Positions 49,509-62,800 of a DNA stretch of 64,000 bases are shown here, piece after piece. Made by a program: the position numbers and the translations under genes. Below the pieces are notes generated by a model. It was not told the DNA's origin. It did no database searches and saw only the letters and a list, made by a program, of their open reading frames with translations. Position 1 is the stretch's first letter; every line of letters starts with the position of its first letter. Source of the stretch: Mobula hypostoma. Its lineage: Eukaryota. Location: positions 190,404,001-190,468,000 of the forward strand of contig NC_086097.1 in assembly GCF_963921235.1 (NCBI RefSeq), read 5' to 3'.

Positions 49509-50143
49509 ATTCCTTGGCCACATCATCAAAAACTTAGCCAAGCTTGTAAGACATGATCTTCCAAGTAAAAAGCTATCATTGACTACCTCTAATCAGCCTA
49601 TTTTTCCAGATCTATGTGCACCTTATCCATCAAAATCCCCTCCAGTACCTTAACTATTAGACTTATTTGACCATAGTTCCCAGGTTTTTCTTTGCCACCC
49701 ATCTAAAATGAAAGCAGAACATTCACTACCCTCAAGTCTACCAGCACCTCGCCCTTGGCTCATGATGATGGAAATATCTCAGCCAGTGCTCCCACGATTG
49801 CTTCTCTAGCCTCCCACAGCATTCCAGCATATACCTGGTCAGGCCCTGGAGAGTTGTGTACCTTCATACTTCCTAATTCATCTAGCACCTCCTCTCCATT
49901 AATGACTTTCCTCAAGACCGTTCCATTTACTTTCCTCTTTTTTCTAATTCCATAATCTGATTTTCATGTTGTTCTCCTGCAGCTTCACACAAATGTGTCC
50001 CCTTTGGTCTTTTCCCTTTGCTCTATTCTCTAGTTATTCTTTTTCCCTTAATATATTTAGAAAATCTTGTTTGGACTTTCCTTGATCTTCTCTGTCAAAG
50101 TTACCTCATGTTCCCTTTTTTCGCTCTTGATGTCCTACTTTTG

Positions 50144-50572
50144 TACTGCTCGGCATTCACGGCGGTGTATGCGCCTCTGCACCGCCCAGCATTCACGGCA
50201 GTGTATGCGCCTCTGCACCGCTCGGCATTCACGGCGGTGTATGCGCCTCTGCACCGCCCAGCATTCACGGCAGTGTATGCGCCTCTGCACCGCTCGGCAT
50301 TCACGGCGGTGTATGCGCCTCTGCACCGCCCAGCATTCACGGCAGTGTATGCGCCTCTGCACCGCTCGGCATTCACGGCGGTGTATGCGCCTCTGTACCG
50401 CCCGGCATTCACGGCGGTGTATGTGCCTCTGCACCACCCGGCATTCACGGCGGTGTATGCGCCTCTGCACCGCCCGGCATTCACGGCGGTGTATACGCCA
50501 CTGTACCGCCCTGCAGTCACTATGTATATGCACCTCTGTACCCCTCTGCATTCACTACAGTATATGCACTTG
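50144..50572. repeat. 36-bp GC-rich minisatellite, ~10 good and 2 decayed copies
   Basis: Unit gcattcacggcRgtgtatgcgcctctgcaccgcYcR starts at 50153, 50189, 50225 and so on to 50477, then decays at 50513 and 50548. Confidence 0.98.
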
Positions 50573-51904
50573 ATCCCAGCTGGCTAGACGTGACCTCTGC
50601 CACCTCCTTTCGACTTGGAAAGCTTCAAACCAATTTCTGAGCTTGAGTTCATAATAGGAATCCTGTTTTATGTAATCCATATGCTGAAGCAGTAACAAAT
50701 AAGTTAACAGCTAAGGGAAAAAGGAAAATCAGAATAAATTAGTATTAGGGAAGCACCTGATTTCAGGAGAACTTATGAAAGTAGTTGCTCTCTGAGACTT
50801 TTTCTGCCATATCTGAGGCAGATGCTCATAGTTGCAGAAGATGTGTGTTTACTGCTGCAGCCAGTTTTCACTGACAAGTTTGGTGTCACGGCTCTTTTTC
50901 ATCAACAACTGCAGATACAGGATGATTGCTGATGCAACAGAAAAGCACTTGTTTTGTTATTGAACAAAATAACACATTGGCATTATTTTCCCCTCCACAG
51001 ATACTCCCTGACCCACTGAATTTTTCAGGAACTTTCTTGATATTTCCAATGTCTCACACCTGCATTATTTTATTTCTGCATCATAGGTATACTCTTCCAC
51101 CACTTTTTAGATGTAACATTGTTATCTGCCAACTGCTAGCTTGACATCTTGCATACACCAGATTATATTCCAGGGAGCCTAATGAAACATAGTTCCTCAC
51201 AAATTGAACTTTGGTATCTGCAGAGGTATATTATAGTAATATATTTTATATACCTCTCTAAGATCTTCCCTCATTCTCCTATGCTCCAGGGTCTGAACCT
51301 GTTCAACCTTTCCCTATCTCTCAAGTTCTGGCAATATCTTTGTAAATAACAGGAAAAATAAGTCGATAGGTTTTGGTTCTCAAAAATGTATATATGAGAT
51401 CTGTGCACTGTTAATTTTATTGCACAAAACTCCAGGAAAATTATACTGAAATTAAGTAATATTATTCGTAGGTCAGTTTATGAGAACCATACAGTGTAGC
51501 TAGTGATATGACTCATTAAACTTATGGTTCTATGTAATTCACATTCTATTGCTCCAGGTTTCTTAGGAAGAGTGATAAATACTGATTTTTTTCATCTCTT
51601 CTAGTCTTATTCCAGTCTCATAAATGAATAATACCAGAAGAGATGAAAAAAATCAGTATTTATCACTTTTCCTAAGAAACCTGGAGCAATAGAATGTGAA
51701 TTACATAGGACCATAAGCTTAATGAGTCATATCACGGAGATACTTCTAAGAATTTTGATGACAAGAGCTAAAAGTAAGATACAAGCTGAAATGGGTAAAG
51801 AACAATGTGGTTTAGTGAAAGACAAGAAATGCAATATTAATGTTAAGGATACTGTCAGAAAGCGCTATTCAAGTGCAAAAAGATTTGTTTGTTTTATCGA
51901 CTAC

Positions 51905-52193
51905 GTGTGGCATGCGGCCAAATGGTTAAGGTGATGGACTAGCGATCTGAAGGTCGTGAGTTCAACCCCAGCCGAGGCAGCGTGTTTGTGTCCTTGCACA
52001 AGGCATGTAACCACACACTGCTCCAGTCCACCCAGCTGAAAATGGGTACCAGCAAAATGCTGGGGGTTAACCTCACGATAGACTAGCGTCCTGTCTGGGG
52101 GGAGTCTCGTACTCTCAGTCGCTTCACTCCACGGAAACCAGCATAAGCGCCGGTCTGATGAGCCTATAAGGCTTGGGACAGACTTTAACTTAA
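51905..52193 (+). mobile_element. tRNA-derived SINE with a CORE/Meta-like central domain
   Basis: A box-like cggccaaatgg and B box gttcaaccc; gtgtccttgcacaagg...ccacccagctgaaaatgggtacc; imperfect TSD ttttatcgactac (51892) / tttcatcaactac (52194). Confidence 0.82.
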
Positions 52194-52364
52194 TTTCATC
52201 AACTACAATTTGATAAAGTGAAATGCAGTAAGTTATTTGAAATATTACAGGAAACTCTAGATCTAGATTCGAAAGACCTCCACCTAATCAGAAATCTGTA
52301 CTGGGAACAAACTGCCACTGTGAGAATAGATGGAGAAGTGAGTCAGTTTACAAAAATCAAGACA

Positions 52365-52590
52365 GACACCTGCTTCCCCTCCCCCACCCCTTTATCTTTC
52401 CCCTTACTGGTTTTTCACCTGGAACCTACCAGCCTTCTCCTTCCCACTATCCACCCCCCCACCTTCTTTACAGGGCCTCTGCCCCTTCCCTCTACAGTCC
52501 TGACAAAGGGTTCCGGCCCGAAACGTTGACCGATCTTTTCCACGGATGCTGCCCGACCTGCTGAGTTCCTCCAGCATGTTGTGAGTGTTG
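52365..52590 (+). mobile_element. Penelope-derived terminal fragment with a hammerhead-like motif, inserted in the RTE
   Basis: CT-rich tract, then cagtcCTGACAAagggttccggcccGAAAcgttgaccg and gatgctgcccgacctgctgagttcctccagcat. Confidence 0.8.
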
Positions 52591-53991
52591 GTTAGACAAG
52601 GGTGTGTTCTCTCCCGATTTGTTTAATGTGTACAGTGAAACAATATTACAAAAAATAAGAGACATCTTGGGAATCAAAGTTGGCAGTGAAAACATCAATA
52701 ATTTCAGATATGCAGATGACATTGTGTTAATTGCAAGTACGGAGGAAGAATTATAAAACTTGATTGATATAATTGTTGAAGAACGTGCAAAAATGGGTAT
52801 ATCTATCAGTTGCAAAAACACAGAATGTATGGTGATATCGAAAAAGAAGGCGAATCCTATCTGCAGGCTTAAAATAAATGGAGGAGACATAAAACAAGTA
52901 CAGAACTTTTGCTACTTAGGAAGCTGGGTGACATCAGATGGCAGGTGCGACATGGACATCAAAAGAAGAATAGGGATGGCAAAAGACACCTTTACTAGAA
53001 TGAAGAGTACACTGACCAACACTAAACTAGGCATGACAACCCACCTCAGAGTACTGAAATGTTACGTTTATCCAGTTATGTTATATGGATCATAATGTTG
53101 GACAATATCTAGTAACATGAGGAAATGAACTAAAGCAGCAGAGATGTGGTTTTTGAGGAGGATGCAAAGAATATCATGGAGGAAATGAACCTCTAACAAG
53201 GATGTCATGAACAGAGCAAGTACAAAAAGAGAAATAATGTGTGAGATCATGAAAAGGCAATGTAACTTCATTGAACATGTGATTAGGAAAGAGGAGTTAG
53301 AATGCACGGTAATTATGGGAAAGATTGAAGGGAAGAAAGCAAAAGGAAGTCAAAGACAAATGATGATGGAGACAGCAGCCAAAGAACTGGAAATGAATAC
53401 CAATGAATTGATCCACTTGACACAACAAGAGTGTATGGGCCATGGCAGTCAAAGCTCAAACTGGGCACGGCACCTAATGATGATGATGACAGTGTAGCTA
53501 TTTTAGGCAGTTTGTTTTAAAGAATAAACTTGAGGACTTGCATGAGGAAAAGTAATTTGAGAAAGTGAGAGCTGCCTACTATGAAGATAAAACCAAGAGC
53601 TATAAGAACCCCACAGAAGAAAATAACTGAAATATAGTGATATCTTACAAAGTGGATAAAAATACCTTAAGACAGCAAATAGTGATTCTGGAAGCAACAC
53701 AAAGAAAAATTATATTTATAGTGGTTGTTCAGGCTTCTTTTCATTAAAATGGTTGGACCAATTATTTGAGTGATTGTGAGCTAACAAACTTTATGGAGCA
53801 CTCGGATGAGAGGGAGTTACATGGACAGTGGTCAGGGTCAGAATATGATTTTATTACTATGAAAGATATAGATAAACTATCTCCATTGGTGGAAAGTATA
53901 AGACTTAGGGTTAGAATCAAAGAAAAGTCCAGCAGTTTGTTCAGTCTCTTGTGTCTGCCTTGCTGAAATTGAATGGTTTGCTAATTAATTC

Positions 53992-55152
53992 ACATAGTCA
54001 TAGTCATAGTCATACTTTATTGATCCTGGGGGAAATTGGTTTTCATTACAGTTGCACCATAAATAATAAATAGTAATAGAAATAATAATAGTAATATTAC
54101 TATTAGTAAATAGTAAATAGTAATAGTCATAGAAATAATAAATAGTAATAGAATAGTAATAGAAAATAGTAATAAATAGTTAAATAGTAAAATGTAAATT
54201 ATGCCAATAAATTATGAAATAAGTCCAGGACCAGCCAATCGGCTCACGGTGCCTGACCCTCCAAGGGAGGAGTTGTAAAGTTTGATGGCCACAGGCAAGA
54301 ATGACTTCCTATGACGCTCTGTGCTGCATCTCGGAGAAATGAGTCTCTGGCTGAATGTACTTCTGTGCCCACCCAGTACATTATGTAGTGGATGGGAGAC
54401 ATTGTCCAAGATGGCATGCAACTTGGACAGCATCCTCTTTTCAGACACCACCGTCAGAGAGTCCAGTTCCATCCCCACAACATCACTGGCCTTGTGAATG
54501 AGTTTGTTGATTCTGTTGGTGTCTGCTACCCTCAGCCTGCTGCCCCAGCACACAACAGCAAACATGATAGCACTGGCCACCACAGACTCGTAGAACATCC
54601 TCAGCATCGTCCGGCAGATGTTAAAGGACCTCAGTCTCCTCAAGAAATAGAGACGGCTCTGACCCTTCTTGTAGACAGCCTCAGTGTTCTTAGACCAGTT
54701 CAGTTTATTGTCAATTCGTATCTCCAGGTATTTGTAATCCTCCACCATGTCCACACTGACCCCCTGGATGGAAACAGGGGTCACCGGTACCTTAGCTCTC
54801 CTCAGGTCTACCACCAGCTCCTTAGTCTTTTTCACATTAAGCTGCAGATAATTCTGCTCACACCATGTGACAAAGTTTCCTACCGTAGCCCTGTACTCAA
54901 CCTCATCTCCCTTGCTGATGCATCCAACTATGGCAGAGTCATCAGAAAACTTCTGAAGATGACAAGACTCTGTGCAGTAGTTGAAGTCCGAGGTGTAAAT
55001 GGTGAAGAGAAAGGGAGACAAGACAGTCCCCTGTGAAGCCCCAGTGCTGCTGATCACTCTGTTGGACACACAGTGTTGCAAGCACACATACTGTGGTCTG
55101 CCAGTCAGGTAATCAAGAATCCATGACACCAGGGAAGCATCCACCTGCATCA
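53992..55152 (-). mobile_element. Rex/Babar LINE, 5'-truncated, RT C-terminal half still open (54212-55150)
   Basis: GASQGTVLSPFLFTIY, KFSDDSA, LNVKKTKELVVD, KKGQSRLYFLRRL; (tgacta)n tail; AT-rich microsatellite at 54060-54190. Confidence 0.96.
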
Positions 55153-55409
55153 GAGGCATTTAAATATGAACTATGCTATCACAGATTAAGTAGTCCAAGG
55201 AAGGATGGTAAATTTATGCTTCTGAAGGTCAGCATTGAACATGAAGTGATTTTAAATACAAAACAATGTTTGTTTCAGTTCATTGTTTCTAATTATACCT
55301 GGGACTTGATCTTGGGTCTGTGAACTGTTAGTCCAAGACTCTAAATAACACTTTTAGTTATTTAATTTCTGTTTCACTGCCACGTTCTGTATCCTCAGGA
55401 AATTCAGTT

Positions 55410-58039
55410 CAGAATTACAGCTACAGAAAGGGTGGGTAATATAGCAGGATCCTCTTTTGAGTCAGTTTGGGTGGAAGTCAAGAACAGGAAGGGAGCAGTT
55501 ACTCTACTGGGGGTATTCTATAGGCCCCGTGTTAGCAGTAGAGATACAAAGGAGCAGATTAGGAGGCAGATTTTGGAAAGGTGCAAAAATAACAGAGTTG
55601 TTATCATGGGTGATTTTAACTTCCCTAATATTGATTGGCACCTGATTAGTTCCAAGGGTTTAGATGGGGCAGAGTTTGTTAAGTGTGTCCAGGATGGATT
55701 CCTGTCACAGTATGTGGACAGACCGACTATGGGGAATCTAGATCTAGTACTAGGTAATGAACTGGGTCAGGTCACAGATCTCTCAATGGGTGAGCATCTG
55801 GGAGACAGTGACCAACGCTCCCAGCCTTTAGCATTATCACGGAAAAGGATAGAATCAGAGAGGACAGGAAAATTTTTAATTGAGGAAGGGCAAATTATGA
55901 GGCTATAAGGCTAGAACTTGCGGGTGTGAATTGGGATGATGTTTTTGTAGGGAAATGTACTACGGACATGTGGTCGATGTTTAGAGGTCTCTTGCAGGAT
56001 GTTAGGGATAAATTTGTCCCGGTGAGGAAGATAAAGAATGGTAGGGTGAAGGAACCATTGGTGACAAGTGAGGTGGAAAATCTAGTCAGGTGGAAGAAGG
56101 CAGCATACAGGAGGCTCAGGAAGCAGGGATTAGATGGGTCTATTGAGGAATATAAGGAAGCAAGACAGGAGCTTAAGAAGGGGCTAAGAAGAGCTAGAAG
56201 GGGGCATGAGAAGGCCTTGGCGAGTAGGGTAAAGGAAAACCCCAAGGCATTCTTCAATTATGTGAAAAAAAAGGATGACAGGAATGAAGGTAGGACCGAT
56301 TAGAGATAAAGGTGGGAAGATGTGCCTGGGGGCTGTGGAAGTGAGCGAGGTCCTCAATGAATACTTCTCTTCGGTATTCACCAATGAGAGGGAACTTGAT
56401 GATGGTGAGGACAATATGAGTGAGGTTGATGTTCTGGAGCATGCTGATATTAAGGGAGAGGAGGTGTTGGAGTTGTTAAAATACATTAGGACAGATAAGT
56501 CCCTGGGGCCTACGGAATATTCCCCAGGCTGCTCCACGAGTCGAGTGAAGAGATTGCTGAGCCTCTGGCTAGGATCTTTATGTCCTCGTTGTCCATGGGA
56601 ATGGTACCGGAGGATTGGAGGGAGGCGAATGTTGTCCTCTTGTTCAAAAAAGGTAGTAGGGATAGTCTCGGTAATTATAGACCAGTGAGCCTTACGTCTG
56701 TGGTGGGAAAGCTGTTGGAAAAGATTCTTAGAGATAGGATTTATGGGCATTTAGAGAATCATGGTCTGATCAGAGACAGTCAGCATGGCTTTGTGAAGGG
56801 CAGATCGTATCTAACAAGCCTGATAGAGTTCTTTGAGGAGGTGACCAGGCATATAGATGAGGGTAGTGCAGTGGATGTGATCTATATGGATTTCAGTAAG
56901 GCATTTGACAAAGTTCCACACGATAGGCTTATTCAGAAAGTCAGAAGGCATGGGATCCAGCTAAGTTTGGCCAGGTGGATTCAGAATTGGCTTGCCTGCA
57001 GAAGGCAAAGGGTCATGGTGGAGGGAGTACATTCAGATTGGAGGATTGTGACTAGTGGTGTCCCACAAGGATCTGTTCTAGGACCTCTACTTTTCGTGAT
57101 TTTTATTACCGACCTGGATGTTGGGGTAGAAGGGTGGGCTGGCAAGTTTGCAGACGACACAAAGATTGGTGGTGTTGTAGATAGTGTAGAGGATTGTCAA
57201 AGGTTGCAGAGAGACATTGATAGGATGCAGAAGTGGGCTGAGAAGTGGCAGATAGAGTTCAACCCGGAGAAGTGTGAGGTGGTATACTTTGGAAGGACAA
57301 ACTCCAAGGCAGAGTACAAAGTAAATGGCAGGATACTTGGTAGTGTGGAGGAACAGAGGGATCTGGGGGTACATGTCCACAGATCCTTGAAAGTTGCCTC
57401 ACAGGTGGATAAGGTAGTTAAGAAAGCTTATGGGGTGTTAGCTTTCATAAGTCGAGGGATAGAGTTTAAGAGTCGCGATGTAATGATGCAGCTCTATAAA
57501 ACTCTGGTTGGGCCACACTTGGAGTACTGAGTCCAATTCTGGTCGCCTCACTATAGGAAGGATGTGGAAGCATTAGAAAGGGTACAGAGGAGATTTACAA
57601 GGATTCTGCCTGGTTTAGAGTACGCATTATGATCAGAGATTAAGGGAGCTAGGGCTTTACTCTTTGGCGAGAAGGAGGATGAGAGGAGACATGATAGAGG
57701 TGTACAAGATAATAAGAGGAATAGATAGAGTGGATAGCCAGCGCCTCTTCCCCAGTGCACCACTGCTCAATACAAGAGGACATGGCTTTAAGGTAAGGGG
57801 TGGGAAGTTCAAGGGGGATATTAGTGGAAGGTTTTTTTACTCAGAGAGTGGTTGGTGCGTGGAATGCACTGCCTGAGTCAGTGGTGAAGGCAGATACACT
57901 AGTGAAGTTTAAGAGACTACTAGACAGGTATATGGAGGAATTTAAGGTGGGGGCTTATATGGGAGGCAGGGTTTGAAGGTCGGCACAACATTGTGGGCCG
58001 AAGGGCCTGTACTGTGCTGTACTATTCTATGTTCTATGT
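55410..58039 (+). mobile_element. CR1 LINE, most of ORF2, defective
   Basis: FYRP, MGDFN, LDLVL, SD endonuclease motifs; [33 protein letters not shown]; several frameshifts; (ttctatg)n tail. Confidence 0.97.
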
Positions 58040-59394
58040 TTAGAACTATAGAGCTAGAATGTGATGTAAAAACTTTTACAGCGCATTAGGATGAGAATGA
58101 GTTACATGCACAGTGATCAGGGTCAGAACATGATTTTATTCCTATTCTAGATATACATAAACTATTTCCATTGGTGGGCAGTATGTATAAGGCTCGGATT
58201 TAGAATCAGGACTTCAGAATAGAAGTTAAGGAATGCTTGTACATACAGTCGATCGTGGAAACTTGGAATTCTCCTTTGCAAATGACAATGGATGGTAGAT
58301 AATGTCCATGATGAATCTAAGACTGTTTCTTTACAAACAAGTGTTTAAAGGGATATGGAACAAAAACAAGTTATGCAGAGCCAGTTTACATAGCAGCCAA
58401 ATTCTCATTAAATAGCAAAAAGAAACTTCAAAAAGTTTAATGACTGATTCTCACACATTTAATCGAACTGAGAATGGGCTGGTTGCCAGGTATAAAGGAT
58501 GATGCAGAAAGTCTGTCAATTGGGAAAATGGGGAACAGAAAATAGTGCAAACACTCAGTAGATCAAGCAGCGCCTCTGTCAATAATCTTAAACACTGACT
58601 TTCTCTTCCCCACTCCCCAGCATGCCACCCACCCACGCACACAGAACCTGACCTGTTTATCTGGTATTTTGCTTCACTTAGGATATGATGGTGGATGAAA
58701 GTAAAAGAGATGAAGAGGTAGTGAATGTGATGGGTAAATGTGATTAGAAATGTTTGCTTTGATGCACAGTAAATGCTGACAATGCCCATTTGACTTAAAG
58801 GCTTCCTCCATAGTGTAATTTCTATTTATTTCTTTGTAATGCCGGAAGGCAGATTTGAGTCAATTATCTTAAAAAATTGTGAACAAATTTAAACCTTAAG
58901 TGTTATTGGCATACCTTTTTAAAATCAATATACATTAAGAACAAAGTAAATAATTAAATTTGTTGATCCATGACTTTGCAGTATTAAATAAAATAAATTA
59001 TTAGCCATTACTAATTATTAATTTTAAAATAGTTGCTTCTTTTCAATAATACTTCAAGGATTTTTCCATTATAATCAATCTGTACATTGGATAATATTTA
59101 ACTTTTAATCTAAGATCTATTTGCACCATATTGTCTGAAATTAAATTGACTTCAAATTTAAATATTGCTCACAGCTCAGGAAAGTATACACAATATATGC
59201 ATTTATTTCTCACATACCAAGAAATCAAAATAGATTCTATGGGCAAAATATTTAAATTGCCTATCTTTCATAACGCTCTCAGAAAAGATTAAAGAAGGAA
59301 AGCTCCAGTTTGGACCCTGTATTAAATTTGGTGGTTTTTGATGAGGCAATGATTGAAATTCTGCAATCAGCTTGAACACTCAAGCCAAGATGAT

Positions 59395-59800
59395 CTACAT
59401 TTAGAAGAATGAGGAATGACCTTATTCAAGCATAGAAGACTCTAAGGGGTCTTGACAGAGTAGTTGTTTGGATGTTTTCACTACTAGAAGAGTCTCAAAT
59501 AAGGGAGCAATAAAAAAAGATTGAGGGTTGGTTATTTAAAACTGCGATAGATAAAAATTTCTAATTGCAGAGGTTAGTGAATCACTGGAATTCTCTGCCC
59601 CAGCAGGTGGTAGTAGCTGAATCATTACAAGCATCTAAAGTGGAGCTAGATAAACATTTGATAGATCAAAAAGTTGAAGAGTTTAAAGAACTAGCACAGA
59701 AGAGGATTTGAGGCCAGAATAGATCACTAATGATTGTATTAAATGGTGGGTTAGGCTTGAGGGACCTGGTAGTCTACTCCTGCTCCTATCTATCTTCTTG
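59395..59800 (+). mobile_element. Old CR1 3' fragment
   Basis: tttagaagaatgagg...gtgaatcactggaattctctgcccc...ctactcctgctcctat. Confidence 0.75.
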
Positions 59801-59882
59801 TGATAACACAATCACACATTGAACACATTACAATTAGGACTGTAAATTCTTAAAACTTGCTGTGGTGCATAATATATGGGGC

Positions 59883-62800
59883 TGTAGTCGCGCTGATAAA
59901 CTACGAGTGAAAAGAAGACACGGACTCGAGCAGGGTTGGGTTGAACCGTTTTCTGTTTGAATCCGCGCGTGATTAAGTACCCGCTTCCAGCAACCCCCGC
60001 TCTCTGCGGGGCAGAAGTGACGTTGGCCTCCGGGCCGAGGTCTACCCTGCACTCAGATTCCTCTCGGTTGCCACTGGCTGCGGGTTCGCCGGCGACTGCT
60101 GGAGCCGGTTCGCTTGCTGCGTGGGCGAGCCGCCACATGACCCCCCCCCCCACCACCCCTAGAACTGGTGATAGGAGGTGCAGAGTCCGCAGCCTGCACA
60201 CTCTCAGTTCTTTTAGGTGGCTGTCCTCGACGTCGTGGGGGTGGTACCGTAACCGGGCGTTCAAGGTCCAGATGCGCCGGTTTGAGTCGGTCAATGGTAA
60301 AAGTCTCGTCCCGACCACCGGTGTCGAGAACGCAGGTTGCTCCATTATGGCGCATCACCTTGTAGGGTCCTTTGGATGGTCGCTGCAGGGGTGGTCTGTG
60401 CGCACCTCGGCGAATGAAAACATACTTGCTTTGTTGTAGGTCTCTGGGCACGAAAAAGGATGTTGTTCCATGGTGGGACGTCGGGACTGGAGCAAGTGTT
60501 CCAAGCCGCTCCCGGAGTTTAGATAGGACCCCAGCAGGTGTGTCCTCCAGGCCACGGGGTGCTGGCACAAACTCACCAGGAACTGTGAGCAGGGCACCGT
60601 AAACCAGTTCGACTGATGATGCGGCTAGGTCCTCCTTGGGTGCCGTGCGGATGCCAAGCAGCACCCAGGGGAGTTCGTCCACCGAGTCTGGCCCTCGGAG
60701 GCGTGCCATCAGGGCCGACTTCAAGTGCCTGAGGAAACGTTCCACCAGGCTGTTAGACTGCAGGTGGTAAGCAGTCGTTCGGTGGAGCTGGGGTCCGAGG
60801 AGTTGTGCCAGCGCAGACCACAAAGCCGATGTGAACTGTACACCCCTGTCTGAAGTGACGTGGGCTGGGAGTCTGAACCGTGTCACCCAGGTGGTAATCA
60901 GGGCACTGGCGCATGTCTCCGTGGCCGTGTCAGCGAGTGGGACAGCTTCTGGCCTCCTCGTGAACCTGTCCATCATGGTGAACAGGTATCTCGCTCCTCT
61001 CGAAACCGGCAGTGGGCCAACGATGTCCACATGGACATGTTCAAACCTCCTATGTGTCGGCTGGAAGGGTTGCGGTGGGGCCCTCACATGCCTCTGGATT
61101 TTGGATGTTTGACAGTGCGTGCATGTCCTGGCCCAGTGCCTGACCTCCTTGCGTAGGCCGTGCCACAGAAACCTCTCTGCGATCAGCTGGATAGTCACCC
61201 GGATGGAAGGGTGGGCTAAACCGTGCAAGGTGTCAAAAACGCGGCGCCTCCAAGTGGTTGGAACAATGGGCCGAGGTTGCCCGGTGGACACATCGCAAAG
61301 GAGCTTCTTACCTTCGGGCCCAATGTGTATGTCTTCGAGGCGGAGTCCTGAGACTGCAGTTCGGTATGCCGGCATCTCTCCGTCTAGCCGTTGTGCCTCA
61401 GCTAACACCGCATAATCCACCCCCGGAGACGGAGAGTACACCGATTGGACGGAGGTTCGTGACAGCGCGTCTGCTACCACATTGTTCTTCCCGGAGATGT
61501 GCTTGATCGTGGTGGTAAACTCCGAGATGTAAGACAGATGGCATTGTTGGCAGCCTGACCACGGGTTCGACACCTTGGCAAACGCGAAAGTGAGGGGCTT
61601 GTGGTCTGTGAAGACCTTGAACTCTCTCCCCTCCAGGAAGTACCTGAAGTGCCGGATGGCAAGGTACAGGGCCAGCAGCTCCCTGTCGAAAGCACTGTAC
61701 TTAAGTTCCGGGGGTCGTAGGTGCCGGCTGAAAAAAGCGAGTGGCTTCCACTAGCCTTTGATGAGCTGCTCAAGCACTCTGCCAACTGCCATGTCGGAGG
61801 CATCCACTGTGAGGGCAGTGGGGACGTCGACCCGGGGGTGGACTAGGAGCATTGCGTTTGCTAGCGCATTCTTGGCTTGTTCGAAAGCCGCCTTTGCCTC
61901 CTCAATCCAGGTGACCTCTTTGACCTTGCCGGACATCAAGCCAAAAAGGGGCCGCATGATCCAGGCCGCTGAGGGCAGAAAAATGGTGGTAAAAGTTAAC
62001 CATCCCAACAAACTCCTGCAGGCCTTTAACAGTGCTGGGCCTGGCAAGTTGGCCGATGGCCTCAACTTTCGCTGGCAGAGGAACAGCTCCATGGCAGTCG
62101 ATCTGGTGTCCCAAGAAGTCGATGGCGGATAGGCCGAACTGGTACTTGGTGGGGTTGATAGCCAGGCCGTAGTCACTTAGGCAGCGGCAGAGCAGGCGTA
62201 GATGCACTAGATGTTCCTGACGGGAGCGGCTGGTGATAAGTATGTCATCCAGGTAGATGAACAGAAGGTCCAGACTTCGCTCTACTGCGTCCATCGAGCG
62301 CTGGAAAGTCTGCACCGCATTTTTGAGCCCGAACAGCATCCCGAGGAACTCGAACAGGCTGAAGGGGGTAATGAGGGCTGTCTTGGGTACATCATTTGGG
62401 TGGACTGGGATCTGATGATACCCTCAGACCAGGTCAATCTTTGAAAAGATGTGTGCCCCGTGCAGGTTGGCCGTAAAGTCCTGGATGTGCAGTACTGGAT
62501 AGCGATCGGACGTGGTGGCGTTGTTCAGCCTCCGATAGTCGCCGCACGGTCTCCACCCTCCCGCGGACTTGGGCACCATATGGAGTGGGGAGGCCCACGG
62601 GCTGTCGGAACGCCGCACAATCCCCATCTCCTCCATCTTCTCGAATTCCTCTTTCGCGAGGTGAAGCTTGTTGGGCGGTAGCCTGCGGGCCCGGGCACGA
62701 AGGGGAGGTCCCTGAGTCGGGATGTGGTGCTTGGGGTTTGTTGAGGAAAACTGCGGCATGATGATATAGGGGAACACCGATAACACTCTGGCGAACTCAT

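Larger units (their letters stand above)
51620..53490 (+). mobile_element. RTE-clade LINE RT region and 3' end, with two nested insertions
   Basis: HRTISLMSHITEILLRI, LIRNLYWEQTATVR, VRQGCVLS, NNFRYADDIVL, QNFCYLGS, GKIEGKK; (tga)n tail. Confidence 0.92.

Noticed and set aside
50018..50587. CRISPR array or repeat protein (36-bp palindromic unit, ORFs in four frames)
   Set aside because: Units are head to tail with no unique spacers, there are no cas genes and the context is eukaryotic. The ORFs exist only because the unit is a stop-free multiple of three.
51905..51980. tRNA gene
   Set aside because: It has A/B boxes but no full cloverleaf, and continues into a SINE body flanked by a TSD.
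52150..52185. Hammerhead ribozyme at the SINE 3' end (CTGATGA-GCCT-ATA-AGGC)
   Set aside because: The required GAAA after stem II is absent (ttgggac follows); this is more likely the LINE-derived tail hairpin.
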